64,000 nucleotides of DNA from Eledone cirrhosa (taxonomy: Eukaryota): the NCBI GenBank assembly GCA_964016885.1, contig OZ024744.1, forward strand, positions 126,232,001 to 126,296,000, given 5' to 3'. A program made the position numbers and the translations under genes. Below are positions 12,319 to 29,006 of this stretch, piece by piece; position 1 is the stretch's first letter; each line of letters opens with the position of its first letter. Below the pieces are notes generated by a model that was not told where the DNA came from, searched no databases, and worked only from the letters and a program-made list of their open reading frames with translations.

Positions 12319-13238
12319 ACGATAGAAGACGTTCGTTACCGCTGGAGCAACGCAAATTACTCCTCGGTTGACGCCAAAAACGAACGCCTTCTCGACGGCT
12401 AGCCGCATTTCGTGATCCGCCTTTCGATTGCGCTTCCGTCGCGGAAAAAGAATTGCCTTTATAGGCCGCCGCCGCCCGACCGGACCCACGATAGAAGACG
12501 TTCGTTACCGCTGGAGCAACGCAAATTACTCCTCGGTTGACGCCAAAAACGAACGCCTTCTCGACGGCTAGCCGCATTTCGTGATCCGCCTTTCGATTGC
12601 GCTTCCGTCGCGGAAAAAGAATTGCCTTTATAGGCCGCCGCCGCCCGACCGGACCCACGATAGAAGACGTTCGTTACCGCTGGAGCAACGCAAATTACTC
12701 CTCGGTTGACGCCAAAAACGAACGCCTTCTCGACGGCTAGCCGCATTTCGTGATCCGCCTTTCGATTGCGCTTCCGTCGCGGAAAAAGAATTGCCTTTAT
12801 AGGCCGCCGCCGCCCGACCGGACCCACGATAGAAGACGTTCGTTACCGCTGGAGCAACGCAAATTACTCCTCGGTTGACGCCAAAAACGAACGCCTTCTC
12901 GACGGCTAGCCGCATTTCGTGATCCGCCTTTCGATTGCGCTCCCGTCGCGGAAAAAGAATTGCCTTTATAGGCCGCCGCCGCCCGACCGGACCCACGATA
13001 GAAGACGTTCGTTACCGCTGGAGCAACGCAAATTACTCCTCGGTTGACGCCAAAAACGAACGCCTTCTCGACGGCTAGCCGCATTTCGTGATCCGCCTTT
13101 CGATTGCGCTTCCGTCGCGGAAAAAGAATTGCCTTTATAGGCCGCCGCCGCCGCCCGACCGGACCCACGATAGAAGACGTTCGTTACCGCTGGAGCAACG
13201 CAAATTACTCCTCGGTTGACGCCAAAAACGAACGCCTT
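12316..13238 (+). repeat. 169-bp GC-rich tandem repeat (5 full units plus a partial); putative rDNA IGS/ETS subrepeat
   Basis: Units start at 12316, 12485, 12654, 12823, 12992 and 13164. The array ends ~360 bp upstream of the 18S 5' end. Confidence 0.9.
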
Positions 13239-13596
13239 CCGGTTCGGGCGACGTAAAAGTCTGTAGCCTTTTCGCCGATCCTCGACGATTATCCGCCTTC
13301 CGAACAACCGCCTTTCCGCCGTCACAGCAGTAGGTACTCGTCCGTCGTAATAGCCGTCATTTTAATGCAGGAGAAACGCCTAAATGCACTGCGATTGACG
13401 ACGATCTACGACGCGCTTACTCTTCCTTGCTGCGACGAAGGTTTCGTTCGGCTTTTCGTCGTGGACCCGGTCAGGTCATGCCGCTGATCTCGCGTTGCGT
13501 CGTTACCGCTGGAGCAACGCAAATTACTCCTCGTTTAACGCCAACATCGAACGCGCTTCGGTTCTCGGTCGTCGTTGTTTTGTTTCGTGCGGAAGA
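13239..13596 (+). other. 5' ETS-like leader
   Basis: GC-rich region directly before the 18S start, containing a further copy of the 169-bp core at ~13498-13555. Identity inferred from position. Confidence 0.5.
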
Positions 13597-13782
13597 TACC
13601 TGGGTGATCCTGCCAGTAGTCATATGCTTGTCTCAAAGCTTAAGCCATGCAAGTGGAAGTTCATGCCGTAAACGAAAATGGTGAAACCGCGAATGGCTCA
13701 GGAACCGGATCTAATCCTCGGGACCGTATTCCTCACCGCGAGGAGAGGATAACTGTGGCAATTCTAGAGCTAATACATGCAA
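13597..13782 (+). pseudogene. 18S: 18S rRNA 5'-end fragment (~185 nt)
   Basis: TACCTGGGTGATCCTGCCAGTAGTCATATGCTTGTCTCAAAG-CTTAAGCCATGCA...GTGAAACCGCGAATGGCTCA...GGATAACTGTGGCAATTCTAGAGCTAATACATGC are universal eukaryotic SSU 5' motifs. Collinearity then breaks. Confidence 0.93.
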
Positions 13783-13786
13783 TTGA

Positions 13787-16458
13787 GATCGGAGAGGGAG
13801 CGATCCGTCTGCTTGATTCCGATAACGAACGAGACATTCGTATCCGAAAGAACGTTTGTCTGGAAACTGGTGCAGTCAGTGAGTCGAAAAAAAAATATCT
13901 CGGTGGTAGTAGCAAATATTCGAACGAGACATTCGTATGCGAAAGAACGTTTGTCGGTGGTAGTAGCAAATATTCGAACGAGACATTCGTATGCGAAAGA
14001 ACGTTTGTCTGGAAGTGGCGATCCATGCCCGGTGGATAGTTGGTTCCGGGTTTTACTATGATTGTTGCAAAACAGAAACTTAAAGGGATTGACAGAATTT
14101 GCGATTCCAGAGAGAGGGCGATCCGTCTGCTTGATTCCGATAACGAACGAGACATTCGTATCCGAAAGAACGTTTGTCTGGAAACTGGTGAGTCAGTGAG
14201 TCGAAAAAAAAATATCTCGGTGGTAGTAGCAAATATTCGAACGAGACATTCGTATGCGAAAGAACGTTTGTCGGTGGTAGTAGCAAATATTCGAACGAGA
14301 CATTCGTATGCGAAAGAACGTTTGTCTGGAAGTGGCGATCCATGCCCGGTGGATAGTTGGTTCCGGGTTTTACTATGATTGTTGCAAAACAGAAACTTAA
14401 AGGGATTGACAGAATTTGCGATTCCGGAGAGGGGGCGATCCGTCTGCTTGATTCCGATAACGAACGAGACATTCGTATCCGAAAGAACGTTTGTCTGGAA
14501 ACTGGTGAGTCAGTGAGTCGAAAAAAAAAATATCTCGGTGGTAGTAGCAAATATTCGAACGAGACATTCGTATGCGAAAGAAAAATATCTCGGTGGTAGT
14601 AGCAAATATTCGAACGAGACATTCGTATGCGAAAGAACGTTTGTCTGGAAGTGGCGATCCATGCCCGGTGGATAGTTGGTTCCGGGTTTTACTATGATTG
14701 TTGCAAAACAGAAACTTAAAGGGATTGACAGAATTTGCGATTCCGGAGAGGGGGCGATCCGTCTGCTTGATTCCGATAACGAACGAGACATTCGTATCCG
14801 AAAGAACGTTTGTCTGGAAACTGGTGAGTCAGTGAGTCGAAAAAAAAATATCTCGGTGGTAGTAGCAAATATTCGAACGAGACATTCGTATGCGAAAGAA
14901 AAATATCTCGGTGGTAGTAGCAAATATTCGAACGAGACATTCGTATGCGAAAGAACGTTTGTCTGGAAGTGGCGATCCATGCCCGGTGGATAGTTGGTTC
15001 CGGGTTTTACTATGATTGTTGCAAAACAGAAACTTAAAGGGATTGACAGGATTTGCGATTCCGGAGAGGGGGCGATCCGTCTGCTTGATTCCGATAACGA
15101 ACGAGACATTCGTATCCGAAAGAACGTTTGTCTGGAAACTGGTGAGTCAGTGAGTCGAAAAAAAAATATCTCGGTGGTAGTAGCAAATATTCGTATGCGA
15201 AAGAAAAGATCTCGGTGGTAGTAGCAAATATTCGAACGAGACATTCGTAGGCGAAAGAAAAATATCTCGGTGGTAGTAGCAAATATTCGAACGAGACATT
15301 CGTATTCGAAAGAACGTTTGTCTGGAAGTTGCGATCCATGCCCGGTGGATAGTTGGTTCCGGGCTTTACTATGATTGTTGCAAAACAGAAACTTAAAGGG
15401 ATTGACAGAATTTGCGATTCCGGAGAGGGGGCGATCCGTCTGCTTGATTTCGATAACGAACGAGACATTCGTATCCGAAAGAACGTTTGTCTGGAAACTG
15501 GTGAGTCAGTGAGTCGAAAAAAAAAATATCTCGGTGGTAGTAGCAAATATTCGAACGAGACATTCGTATGCGAAAGAACGTTTGTCGGTGGTAGTAGCAA
15601 ATATTCGAACGAGACATTCGTATGCGAAAGAACGTTTGTCGGTGGTAGTAGCAAATATTCGAACGAGACATTCGTATGCGAAAGAACGTTTGTCTGGAAG
15701 TGGCGATCCATGCCCGGTGGATAGTTGGTTCCGGGTTTTACTATGATTGTTGCAAAACAGAAACTTAAAGGGATTGACAGAATTTGCGATTCCAGAGAGA
15801 GGGCGATCCGTCTGCTTGATTCCGATAACGAACGAGACATTCGTATCCGAAAGAACGTTTGTCTGGAAACTGGTGAGTCAGTGAGTCGAAAAAAAAATAT
15901 CTCGGTGGTAGTAGCAAATATTCGAACGAGACATTCGTATGCGAAAGAACGTTTGTCGGTGGTAGTAGCAAATATTCGAACGAGACATTCGTATGCGAAA
16001 GAACGTTTGTCTGGAAGTGGCGATCCATGCTCGGTGGATAGTTGGTTCCGGGTTTTACTATGATTGTTGCAAAACAGAAACTTAAAGGGATTGACAGAAT
16101 TTGCGATTCCGGAGAGGGGGCGATCCGTCTGCTTGATTCCGATAACGAACGAGACATTCGTATCCGAAAGAACGTTTGTCTGGAAACTGGTGAGTCAGTG
16201 AGTCGAAAAAAAAATATCTCGGTGGTAGTAGCAAATATTCGTATGCGAAAGAAAAGATCTCGGTGGTAGTAGCAAATATTCGAACGAGACATTCGTATGC
16301 GAAAGAAAAATATCTCGGTGGTAGTAGCAAATATTCGAACGAGACATTCGTATTCGAAAGAACGTTTGTCTGGAAGTTGCGATCCATGCCCGGTGGATAG
16401 TTGGTTCCGGGCTTTACTATGATTGTTGCAAAACAGAAACTTAAAGGAATTGACAGAA
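13787..16458 (+). repeat. rRNA-mosaic satellite, ~8 monomers of 317-372 bp
   Basis: Equivalent positions at 14040, 14357, 14676, 14994, 15353, 15725, 16042 and 16401. Monomers contain 18S motifs (GAAACTTAAAGGGATTGAC, GATTCCGGAGAGGG, TTCCGATAACGAACGAGAC) and a 28S motif (ATCTCGGTGGTAGTAGCAAATATTC). Confidence 0.92.
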
Positions 16459-16494
16459 TTTTCGAATCGACATCAACTCGGCTACGGCTATCCC

Positions 16495-16830
16495 GTCGAG
16501 TACGAGAGTATCGCGGGATCAGAGCAACGGTTTGCTAGGCTGCCTCTGAGCGATAACGGCTGAACGCCTCCTCTAAGCCGGAACCCTAGCCGGACCCGAG
16601 TTGTTTTTCGACAAGCGTCTCGACCTTCTTAAGGCCCATGCCTTAGTTTGGCGATTGCCGTCCGTTCGCCGACGGCGGCAGCGTCAGCGGAAATGCCATT
16701 CTGTGACGACTACGACGATTCGTCGTCGTCCATTCGATTTCCTGAAAGAGATAGAGACTAAAGTGATCAAATTGTTCGGAGTTACGTGCTTAGTAGAGCA
16801 GCTACCACACTGCAATCTATTGAGAGTTTT
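16495..16830 (+). pseudogene. 28S: 28S rRNA 3'-end remnant
   Basis: AGTACGAGAG (sarcin-ricin loop core, 16499), CTGAACGCCTC..TAAG (16560) and TAGTAGAGCAGCTACCACACTGCAATCTATTGAGAGT (16791-16828) occur in the expected LSU 3' order. Confidence 0.8.
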
Positions 16831-17870
16831 CTGACGAACGATACAATCCGCCCACGTGGCGCCAGAAAGGGAGAAGAAAAGAAAAGTTAGACGCCGCCGA
16901 TCGATCGGTTCGTTGTTTTACGTGTACACAGCTTGTGTGTGTGTCTGTATGTGATACAAGCCGCCTATCCGTCTTCCAAGTAAGTTTTGTGTGTAGACTG
17001 CGGAAAGAAATCCAATCCGCCGTCTAGGCGGTTCTGCCGCCGACCCATACTTTTGCGAGTCGCTCCCGGGAAAGACAGGCGGCAAGACGGCGTGTATACA
17101 CGACGCCTTCCGTCTTCCGCCTCGAACCCGGGCAAACGTTCCTTTATTCGTCCACGCCTTCCCGCTTCGATCGCGAGAAAGTAATCAATCTGTTTTGTGT
17201 GTGTGTCTGTGTGTGATACAAATTTGTTTTCTTAATTTGATAACCATGAATTGTTTCAACACCGGCCCTTTTAAGGGCCACTTATATTTTCAATAATCAG
17301 TTTAAATGGGTTGCACCGTAGCCACTTGGTAATACACTGCAAATCTCCCGTCAATCTATGAAGGTTTTGTAGTAGATTAGATCAAAACACAATCAGCAAG
17401 ACAGTAATGGAATGAATAATATAAACATTTGTTTATAATTAAAGCCTTAAGATGTCCCTCCCTCCCTCCCTTCCTTCCTTCCTTCCTTCCTTCCTTCCTT
17501 CCTTCCTTCCTTCCTTACGATATACACTTTAATAACATTGAAACTTATTTAATAAGTTTAAATTTTAAACACTTTTTATTCAGACGTACCGCGATAAGTA
17601 ACTAGATATGTTCTAACGAATAATCCGCGATGTGGCGAGGATTACCGCGATAGGAAATTAGATACGTTCCAAAGAAATATCCGCGAAAAGTGAACCGCGA
17701 TATAGCGGGTTCACCAGCCAGTGTATTACTGGTACTTTATTTTATCGACCCCCATAAGGATGAAAGGCAAAGTTAACTGTGCAATAACAAAGGGAGATAA
17801 CCTCGTCTTTTTTTTTTTACGGAGTTATTTCCCTTTAAATTTTATCTATTACTTATGATGATACAATTTA

Positions 17871-18004
17871 ATCAGTTCTTAGCTGTCGAGACACTGCATC
17901 CTTTAAAACCTCCATGGAACAAGCTACCTGCAACAGTTGTTAGCTGTCGAGACACTGCATCTTTTAAAACCTCCATGGAACAAACTACCTGCATCAGTTG
18001 TTAG
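17871..18004 (+). repeat. 61-bp tandem repeat derived from the CR1 ORF2 3' end
   Basis: tggaacaagctacctgca.cagttgttagctgtcgagacactgcatcctttaa matches the reverse complement of 36553-36606 (WNKLPASIVSCRDTASF). Confidence 0.75.
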
Positions 18005-18273
18005 GGTCTGAGTTCAAATCACGCCGAGGAGGTTAACTTTGCCTTTCATCCTTACGGGGTCGGTCGGAAAACGAACCATTCCCGGTTCGCTTTCGAAGCG
18101 GGTTTCCGAAAACAGCGCTTCTCTCGACCGGGCCCGTCGTCCGCTCGGCGGTGGTTTTCATCGTCCCAGGCACGGCTAACAGGCGGAGACGGGACAAACG
18201 CGCGTGTTCCTTTTTTTATCAGCCGCAGCGCCGTTCGTATATATGCTTAGGTTGTTTTTTTTTTTAAATATCC

Positions 18274-18504
18274 TAAGTTAAGTTGGGGCTAAGTTAAGTT
18301 GGGGCTAAGTTAAGTTGAGGTTAAGTTGAGTTGGGGTTAAGTTAAGTGGGGGTTAAGTTAAGCTGGGGTTAAGTTAAGTTGAGGTTAAGTTAAGTTGGGG
18401 TTAAGTCAAGTTGGGGTTAAGTTAAGTTGGGGTTAAGTTAGGTTGGGGTTAAGTTAGGTTGGGGTTAAGTTAAGTTGGGGTTAAGTTAGGTTGCGGTTAA
18501 GTTA
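18274..18504 (+). repeat. G-rich telomere-like 16-bp repeat (TTAAGTTAAGTTGGGG)n, ~14 copies
   Basis: Read directly; variants include TTAGGTTGGGG. Confidence 0.85.
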
Positions 18505-24810
<6,306 letters not shown>

Positions 24811-24909
24811 TGGAGATTTTTTAACACAAAGTCACACAAGGATTAGAAAAATGGCGATAATCACTTTGAAAGTAACAATTATGCAATAAATAGTTGTTAT
24901 TGCCACGTC

Positions 24910-25944
24910 TCGTATCCTCCTTTGGCAATGTGTAAAATGTTAGCGAGATCGAGTGAACAATACACAAGTTATAATACTTTACAGACGGGACTTATACAGT
25001 AGATGTAGCAAAATGCGTAGATTACGATTCTTGAGACGAGATTAAAATATACGATTAGGGGATACTTTAAGAAGACGAGTAGATGTTTGAGTAGATTTAG
25101 CTGCTTTTTCTAGCATTTTTAGTTATACTTTGAAGCACATTTTTTTTGTTACTATTATATTAAAAGTTATCTGGTTACGTTATTTGACTGGTATTTCTAG
25201 CATTTTACAAGGACCACGTGTGTGTTTTATTTAAGGAAGATCTAGTTGTTATTTCTGATATTTTCTTCATCAAGTTAGTTGCTATTTCCTGCATCCTCTT
25301 GAAGACAAGAAATAATAATGAATTAGCTGCTGTTTCTAGTAGGTTCTATGGTAGTGATGAGCGTGGGAGGGAGGTTTGACTGCTATTTTTAGCAGGTTCT
25401 AAGGCATTGAGGTTTATGTTTTACGAGAGATTTGGCTGTTATTTCTAACATGTTATAATGGAGAGAGAGAGAGAGTATAAGATATACAGAGAGAGGGAGT
25501 ATAAGATATAGAGAGAGGGGAAACGGCCGATGTTTACGTTGAGAAAACCTAATAAAATGTTATAAATGGGTTTATAAAGAATAGAATGAGATAAACAAGA
25601 CAAAGTTAGATAAAATAAATCAGCTGTAAGGATATTATACGATATATTTATAATATTTTAATATATTTTTCCTGGTCGTCTGCTGCCATTGATAGAGAGA
25701 GGAGTGGTGGGAGGTAGCCATAACAACCGTGGTAGCAGCACTGAGGTTTGTTTTTAAAGAAGTGAATACAAGAAAAACAAGCAACTAAGAATATTAATCT
25801 CTTAAACCCTTCAAGATGTGTATGACAAGAAAGAAGACGTTTTAGAGTCGTATGACATAGATGATAACTGGAAATTCTTACGTGACAACTTACTGCAGGC
25901 TACTGAAGAAACTTGTGGCTGGAGCAGAGCTCCGACCAGACAGA
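24910..25944. repeat. 1035-bp direct repeat, copy A
   Basis: tcgtatcctcctttggc...gctccgaccagacaga recurs at offset 3062 (27972-29006). Confidence 0.93.
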
Positions 25945-27971
25945 AGTACATGTGCGGACACTCATTGGCTGTGCGTGGTATGCATTTCAGCAAGATATCT
26001 CCGTAACATCAAGAGTTATGGCTGTGGAGGCACACCTAGTCAAACGTAAACAAGCTCTGGAGCGTATACGCTTCGCGATTTTGTTTACGTTTGACTAGGT
26101 GTGCCTCCACAGCCACAACTCTTGATGTTACGGAGATATCTTGCTGAAATGCATACCACGCACAGCCAATGAGTGTCCGCACATGTACTTCTAATTACAC
26201 ATCGATCCGTCAACATCCGGCCGGCCCACGATCGACGCACAGGGCCGGATGGCCCGTTTGCAGTGAATTTTCACCGGAATCGATCTGTAATTACTGGTAC
26301 ATGTGCGGACACACATTTGCTGTGTGTGGTGTGATTTTCACGAAAAACTGCCCATGCTAAATGAGGAAGCTGAAGTCCGCCGGCGAATGGTGTGCTTCGA
26401 AGAAAACTAATTCGAAAATGACCGTTTGCAGGCGGAGTAACCTTTTCGATCGTGGGCCAGCCGCCCGTGGTGGGATACATCTGTAATTACTGGTACATGT
26501 GCGGACACACATTTGCTGTGTGTGGTGTGATTTTCGAGAAAGACTGCCCATGCTAAATGAGGAAGCTGAAGTCCGCCGGCGAATGGTGTGCTTCGAAGAA
26601 AACTAATTCGAAAATGACTATTTGCCGGCGGAATCACCTTTTCGGTCCTGGTCCGGCCGGATCTTGCCGGATCGATCGGAAATTTGTGGACCATGTTCGG
26701 AAGGCCATTGTGCATGTGTGGTGAAAAAAATTTGTGTCGAAATCTTCTCGGAAAATAACGGATCGCCGGCGGAGATTGCCATTTCGATCGTGGGCCGGCC
26801 GGATCTTGTCGGATCGATTCGGACATATGTGCATCGTGTTCGCAAGGCCCTTGTCTATGTGTGGTGTGATTTTCATAAAGAAATTCCGAAAAACCCAGTT
26901 TTAAATCTGATTTCGCCAAAGAATTTTGGCTATCAGATCGGGTTGAAAGGTATGGTTTCAGGTCGATCTGAAAGTCTAAAATGGAATTCACTCGGTTAGC
27001 TAACTATTGATATATCGGAGATATCTTTCTGAAAATCACACCACACACTCCCAATGAGTGTCTGCACATGTACCAGTAATTACAGATGGATCCCACCACG
27101 GGCGGCCGGCCCACGATCGAAAAGGTTACTCCGAAGCACACCATTCGCCGGCGGAATTCATTTAGCATGGGCAGTTTTTCTCGAAAATCACACCACACAC
27201 AGCCAATGAGTGTCCGCACATGTACCAGTAATTACAGATGGATCCCACCACGGGCGGCTGGCCCACGATCGAAAAGGTTACTCCGCCTGCAAACGGTCAT
27301 TTTCGAATTCGTTTTCTTCGAAGCACACGATTCGCCGGCGGACTTCAGCTGCCTCATTTAGCATGGGCAGTTTTTCTCGAAAATCACACCACACACAGCA
27401 AATGTGTGTCCGCACATGTACCAGTAATTACAGATCGATTCCGGTGAAAATTCACTGAAAACGGGCCATTCGGCCCTGTGCGTCGATCGTGGGCCGGCCG
27501 GATGTTGACGGATCGATGTGTAATTAGAAGTACATGTGCGGACACTCATTGGCTGTGCGTGGTATGCATTTCAGCAAGATATCTCTGTAACATCAAGAGT
27601 TATGGCTGTGGAGGCACACCTAGTCAAACGTAAACAAGCTCTGGAGCGTATACGCTTCGCGATTTTGTTTACGTTTGACTAGGTGTGCCTCCACAGCCAC
27701 AACTCTTGATGTTACGGAGATATCTTGCTGAAATGCATACCACGCACAGCCAATGAGTGTCCGCACATGTACTTCTAATTACACATCGATCCGTCAACAT
27801 CCGGCCGGCCCACGATCGACGCACAGGGCCGGATGGCCCGTTTGCAGTGAATTTTCACCGGAATCGATCTGTAATTACTGGTACATGTGCGGACACACAT
27901 TTGCTGTGTGTGGTGTGATTTTCGAGAAAGACTGCCCATGCTAAATGAGGAAGCTGAAGTCCGCCGGCGAA
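25945..27971. repeat. Second block of the foldback/palindromic satellite
   Basis: Matches 20485 onward at offset 5460. Palindrome centres at 26054-26080 and ~27638-27664. Confidence 0.93.
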
Positions 27972-29006
27972 TCGTATCCTCCTTTGGCAATGTGTAAAAT
28001 GTTAGCGAGATCGAGTGAACAATACACAAGTTATAATACTTTACAGACGGGACTTATACAGTAGATGTAGCAAAATGCGTAGATTACGATTCTTGAGACG
28101 AGATTAAAATATACGATTAGGGGATACTTTAAGAAGACGAGTAGATGTTTGAGTAGATTTAGCTGCTTTTTCTAGCATTTTTAGTTATACTTTGAAGCAC
28201 ATTTTTTTTGTTACTATTATATTAAAAGTTATCTGGTTACGTTATTTGACTGGTATTTCTAGCATTTTACAAGGACCACGTGTGTGTTTTATTTAAGGAA
28301 GATCTAGTTGTTATTTCTGATATTTTCTTCATCAAGTTAGTTGCTATTTCCTGCATCCTCTTGAAGACAAGAAATAATAATGAATTAGCTGCTGTTTCTA
28401 GTAGGTTCTATGGTAGTGATGAGCGTGGGAGGGGGGTTTGACTGCTATTTTTAGCAGGTTCTAAGGCATTGAGGTTTATGTTTTACGAGAGATTTGGCTG
28501 TTATTTCTAACATGTTATAATGGAGAGAGAGAGAGAGTATAAGATATACAGAGAGAGGGAGTATAAGATATAGAGAGAGGGGAAACGGCCGATGTTTACG
28601 TTGAGAAAACCTAATAAAATGTTATAAATGGGTTTATAAAGAATAGAATGAGATAAACAAGACAAAGTTAGATAAAATAAATCAGCTGTAAGGATATTAT
28701 ACGATATATTTATAATATTTTAATATATTTTTCCTGGTCGTCTGCTGCCATTGATAGAGAGAGGAGTGGTGGGAGGTAGCCATAACAACCGTGGTAGCAG
28801 CACTGAGGTTTGTTTTTAAAGAAGTGAATACAAGAAAAACAAGCAACTAAGAATATTAATCTCTTAAACCCTTCAAGATGTGTATGACAAGAAAGAAGAC
28901 GTTTTAGAGTCGTATGACATAGATGATAACTGGAAATTCTTACGTGACAACTTACTGCAGGCTACTGAAGAAACTTGTGGCTGGAGCAGAGCTCCGACCA
29001 GACAGA
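27972..29006. repeat. 1035-bp direct repeat, copy B
   Basis: Duplicate of 24910-25944; this copy continues into the RTE fragment. Confidence 0.93.

Larger units (their letters stand above)
12..16460. repeat. Segmental duplication, copy 1 (~16.4 kb)
   Basis: Sequence from 12 (ccatgctttccagcatagag) recurs at 34030. ORF-track pairs match at offsets of ~34018 before the LINE insertion and ~37510-37700 after it (2865/40383, 7022/44530, 13427/51124). Upstream flanks differ. Confidence 0.95.

Noticed and set aside
12185-13325. Arg/Gly-rich ORFs on the minus strand of the 169-bp array
   Set aside because: They are by-products of GC-rich tandem repeats and a telomeric tract (GLGLGL, VRVRV).
13647-16387. 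Repeated ORFs in the mosaic satellite (MVPGFTMIVAKQK..., MSRSLSESS..., up to 383 aa in copy 2)
   Set aside because: These are translations of rRNA-derived tandem repeats. Frames shift with poly-A length and no protein motif is present.
13787-16458. Mosaic array as a decoy target array for R2 retrotransposons
   Set aside because: The R2 target (TTAAGGTAGCCAAA) is not among the retained 28S blocks and no insertions are seen in the array.
13597-16830. Functional 18S/28S rRNA genes
   Set aside because: Only ~185 nt of collinear 18S and a degraded 28S end are present. The body is scrambled and no 5.8S was recognised.
17588-17715. ACCGCGAT repeats ending in accgcgatatagcgggttca, resembling a DNA-transposon end
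   Set aside because: No matching opposite TIR was found in the window, so it is too weak to call.
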